From the human T2T-CHM13v2.0 reference genome, Homo sapiens: a stretch of 64,000 bases of DNA. Position 1 is the first letter of the stretch. Every line of letters begins with the position of its first letter. The notes under the pieces were generated by a model, which was not told the DNA's origin, made no database searches, and was given only the letters and a program-made list of their open reading frames with translations. The translations under genes and the position numbers were made by a program. The stretch lies in the NCBI RefSeq assembly GCF_009914755.1, contig NC_060939.1; one strand, given 5' to 3'. This document shows, piece by piece, positions 61,226 through 64,000 of the stretch.

Positions 61226-61499
61226 AATAAATTATTTTAGATACCAGCCTGATGATGGTATCATGGTTATGTTTAGAAATGAGAGTTCTTGGCTTATAGA
61301 GGTACTCATTTATATATGAAATAGTGTAATACGTGGAGTTTGCTTTCAAAATAATATGTGTGTAGGGTAGAGGCTGGGAATGGAATGGATTAAGGCATAG
61401 ATGAATCAGTATTGACCATGACTTGATAATTGTTGAATCAACGTAATAGGTACATAGGATTTATTCTATTCTCTTAAATAAAAAGTTTTTTAAAAGAAT

Positions 61500-61700
61500 A
61501 TAGGTTTTGGAGTCAGACTGCCTAGGTTCAAAATCCAGATCTGTCACTGACTAAGCCTTGTGCTATGGAGTTACTTAGCGTCTCTGTGTATTAGTGTCCT
61601 TGCCTATAAAATGGAAATAATATAATATTAACTGCATAATAGAATTGTTCTAGGAACTAAATGGTTATAAGTGGAAAGCGCTTATGAATGTTAGCTTTGA
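61500..61700. mobile_element. MIR
   Basis: ggagtcagactgcctaggttcaaaatcc...ctataaaatggaaataa. Confidence 0.7.
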
Positions 61701-61889
61701 TGTGTTCATTATCACACATCAAAGATATACGTTAAAGTTATAAATCATTGGCTAAAGATCTTAGTGTACTTAGGAATAGTCTAGTTGAATTCCTTATTTA
61801 GTAACCCAGGAGTTTGAAACCCACATTTAGCAAAATGTCCAGTGGTAGAACCAGAACTCAACTTTATGTCTCTTGACTCCTAGTCTTTA

Positions 61890-62362
61890 CAACTGCTTCA
61901 CAGTAAATCACTTCAAAGAATATCCAAGAGTCAAAAGACAGAATTCTTACAAATTTAGTTAAATGATATAATGGCTTTTAATAGTAATTCATGAGTCAGG
62001 CAGCATCTCATCTAAAGAACAGATAAGCACTACACTGGGCAGGCAGAACAGTTAGTTTTTGTAGGGAAACTTGAGCAGGAACAAAGAAACAGTGGATTGG
62101 TTAACATTAGTTGCTTCAGATTACTTTCATTGTAAGGGTCAAAGCAGAGGGGACTTTCTTATGTTGGCTAAAACTGTCCCATTTGGGGATTTGACACACA
62201 CACTCTCCTGATTTCTCAGAAGGTCAGATAAATAACTTAGGTTTAGTTTGGTGATATGCAACTTTGGCACGAGTGACTGCATTTTGGTTCAGTCTGTTTG
62301 GTTTGATCTGTAGAGTAGAAGCTCAATCCATATTAGTAGTCTCCCATAAATTTTATTTAACA
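61890..62362 (-). mobile_element. Probable ERV1-class solo LTR
   Basis: Minus strand begins tgttaaataaaatttatggga; family not determined. Confidence 0.4.
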
Positions 62363-63056
62363 CAAGTAAGCTTAAGTAACCTTGTTCTAAATAGAAAGAC
62401 TCACAGTTGCAAACATCTTCAGTTTTCCTGTATCTAAAATGTATTGCAGTTCAAATGAAGACTCCAAGTTCTTGTTTGTCTGTTTGCTTTGAGAAGGAAC
62501 AGACAAACTTAACATAAGATGAGTCTAAATTTATCTGGGGAGTGGAACACTAAACAAACATGTTAGAAAAATTTTGAGGAAATAAAGGAAGAATATTTGT
62601 TCCACCATATATTATAACATATTGCATAGTTATAATAATTTTATGGTTCTGGCCCAGGAATAGGCAGATGGATGAAACCAATTAGTGTCCTGAAATAAAC
62701 CCCCAAGAGTACGTAGATTTTAGTATTAAATCTTTCAAATCTGTCATTCTTTTTGGGATGACTGATCTTGCCAGATATATGTAAAGCTGGATACTTAGTA
62801 AGTCTAGTTTGTTTCGTAGAAATATTAGAAGAAAATACAAGTGAATGTTGTTATAGTACAGAAGAAGGGAAAGCCTTTGGAGTAAAAATAGTGAAATACA
62901 GATGCTAAAATGGAGAGAACTTATAAATTTTACCATATGCAAACGTAAAACTTTGTTACAATAGATGCCTTAAGTTAAAGACAGAAGAGGAAACAAATAT
63001 TGGCAGCATGTATAGCTTACTGTATTAGTCAGGGCCCAGTTAGGAGCCAGAAACTA

Positions 63057-63407
<351 letters not shown>

Positions 63408-64000
63408 CTATTAAAATCTACTTACTAAAAAGGGCAAAATAGGACATTAAAGAATACAAAAATAGTAAATATAGGGATTAGCTATGACTACCTCTTGAGC
63501 TGAGGGAGAGAATCCAAAAATCAGGAAGACTGTTGTTCAGACCTTGTTGGAGAAAGTGTAGCTGCTGCCAAAGGACATAGCTATGGGCCAAAGCTGGGGC
63601 ACAGGAAATCCCCTGCTGGGAGGCCTCAGAGCTGGTGTGCAGAAAACACCTGCTGGGGTGCTGTGGGCTGGACAGATGATAAGCCGAAAATTGCCCACTG
63701 GGATGACATGAGTTGGAGCTGGTGTACAGGACCCTATCCAATGGGATGCAGTGTGTCAGAGCTGGTGCACAGAAAGCCCCATGCTGGAGTAAGCTAGAGA
63801 AACTTACAGGAGGGTGATCATTATTGGGTCTTTCACAATCAGCCTCACCATAGGAGCAAAAAGAAGAGCATCCTCCAAACTGAAAATTAAGCCCATCACT
63901 CTGCTTTGCTGTGCAACAAAGCACCAGCTGACAAAAGTCCATATCCACTACTGCAAAGAAGGACAGATTTGGAGCTGAGAGCCTTGAAATAATAACTCTC

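Noticed and set aside
63478-63948. 156-aa minus-strand ORF, the longest in the window
   Set aside because: It lies in an old LTR-like region with internal degenerate repeats (gagctggtg); no recognisable protein motif or splice context.

Overview
Human (primate) genomic DNA from inside the neogenin-1 gene (NEO1), + strand. The window holds four consecutive internal coding exons (5839-6156, 11820-12095, 15713-15866, 25188-25324; most likely exons 2-5). They encode Ig-like domains 1-3, have canonical AG/GT boundaries and join in frame (885 nt). Everything after 25325 is one long intron; the next exon was not found. The introns are repeat-rich: over 20 Alus including one human-specific AluYa5, L1/L2/MIR fragments, ERV/MaLR solo LTRs and hAT DNA transposons. 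Two antisense processed pseudogenes (from FKBP1A and NPM1) also lie here. Almost all small ORFs in the supplied track are repeat-derived or chance. I found no evidence for a new multi-gene biological system. The best oddities are retrotransposition and splicing features: an Alu with a twin-priming-type 5' inversion, a second ~75-bp NPM1 3'-end copy inside a nearby LTR, a stop-free in-frame exon block bracketed by inverted Alus (circRNA candidate), a sense Alu ending in poly(T), and an RFX/CCAAT motif cluster with a perfect inverted repeat in intron 3. Repeat family names, exon numbers and pseudogene symbols come from recognition and recall, not from a search.
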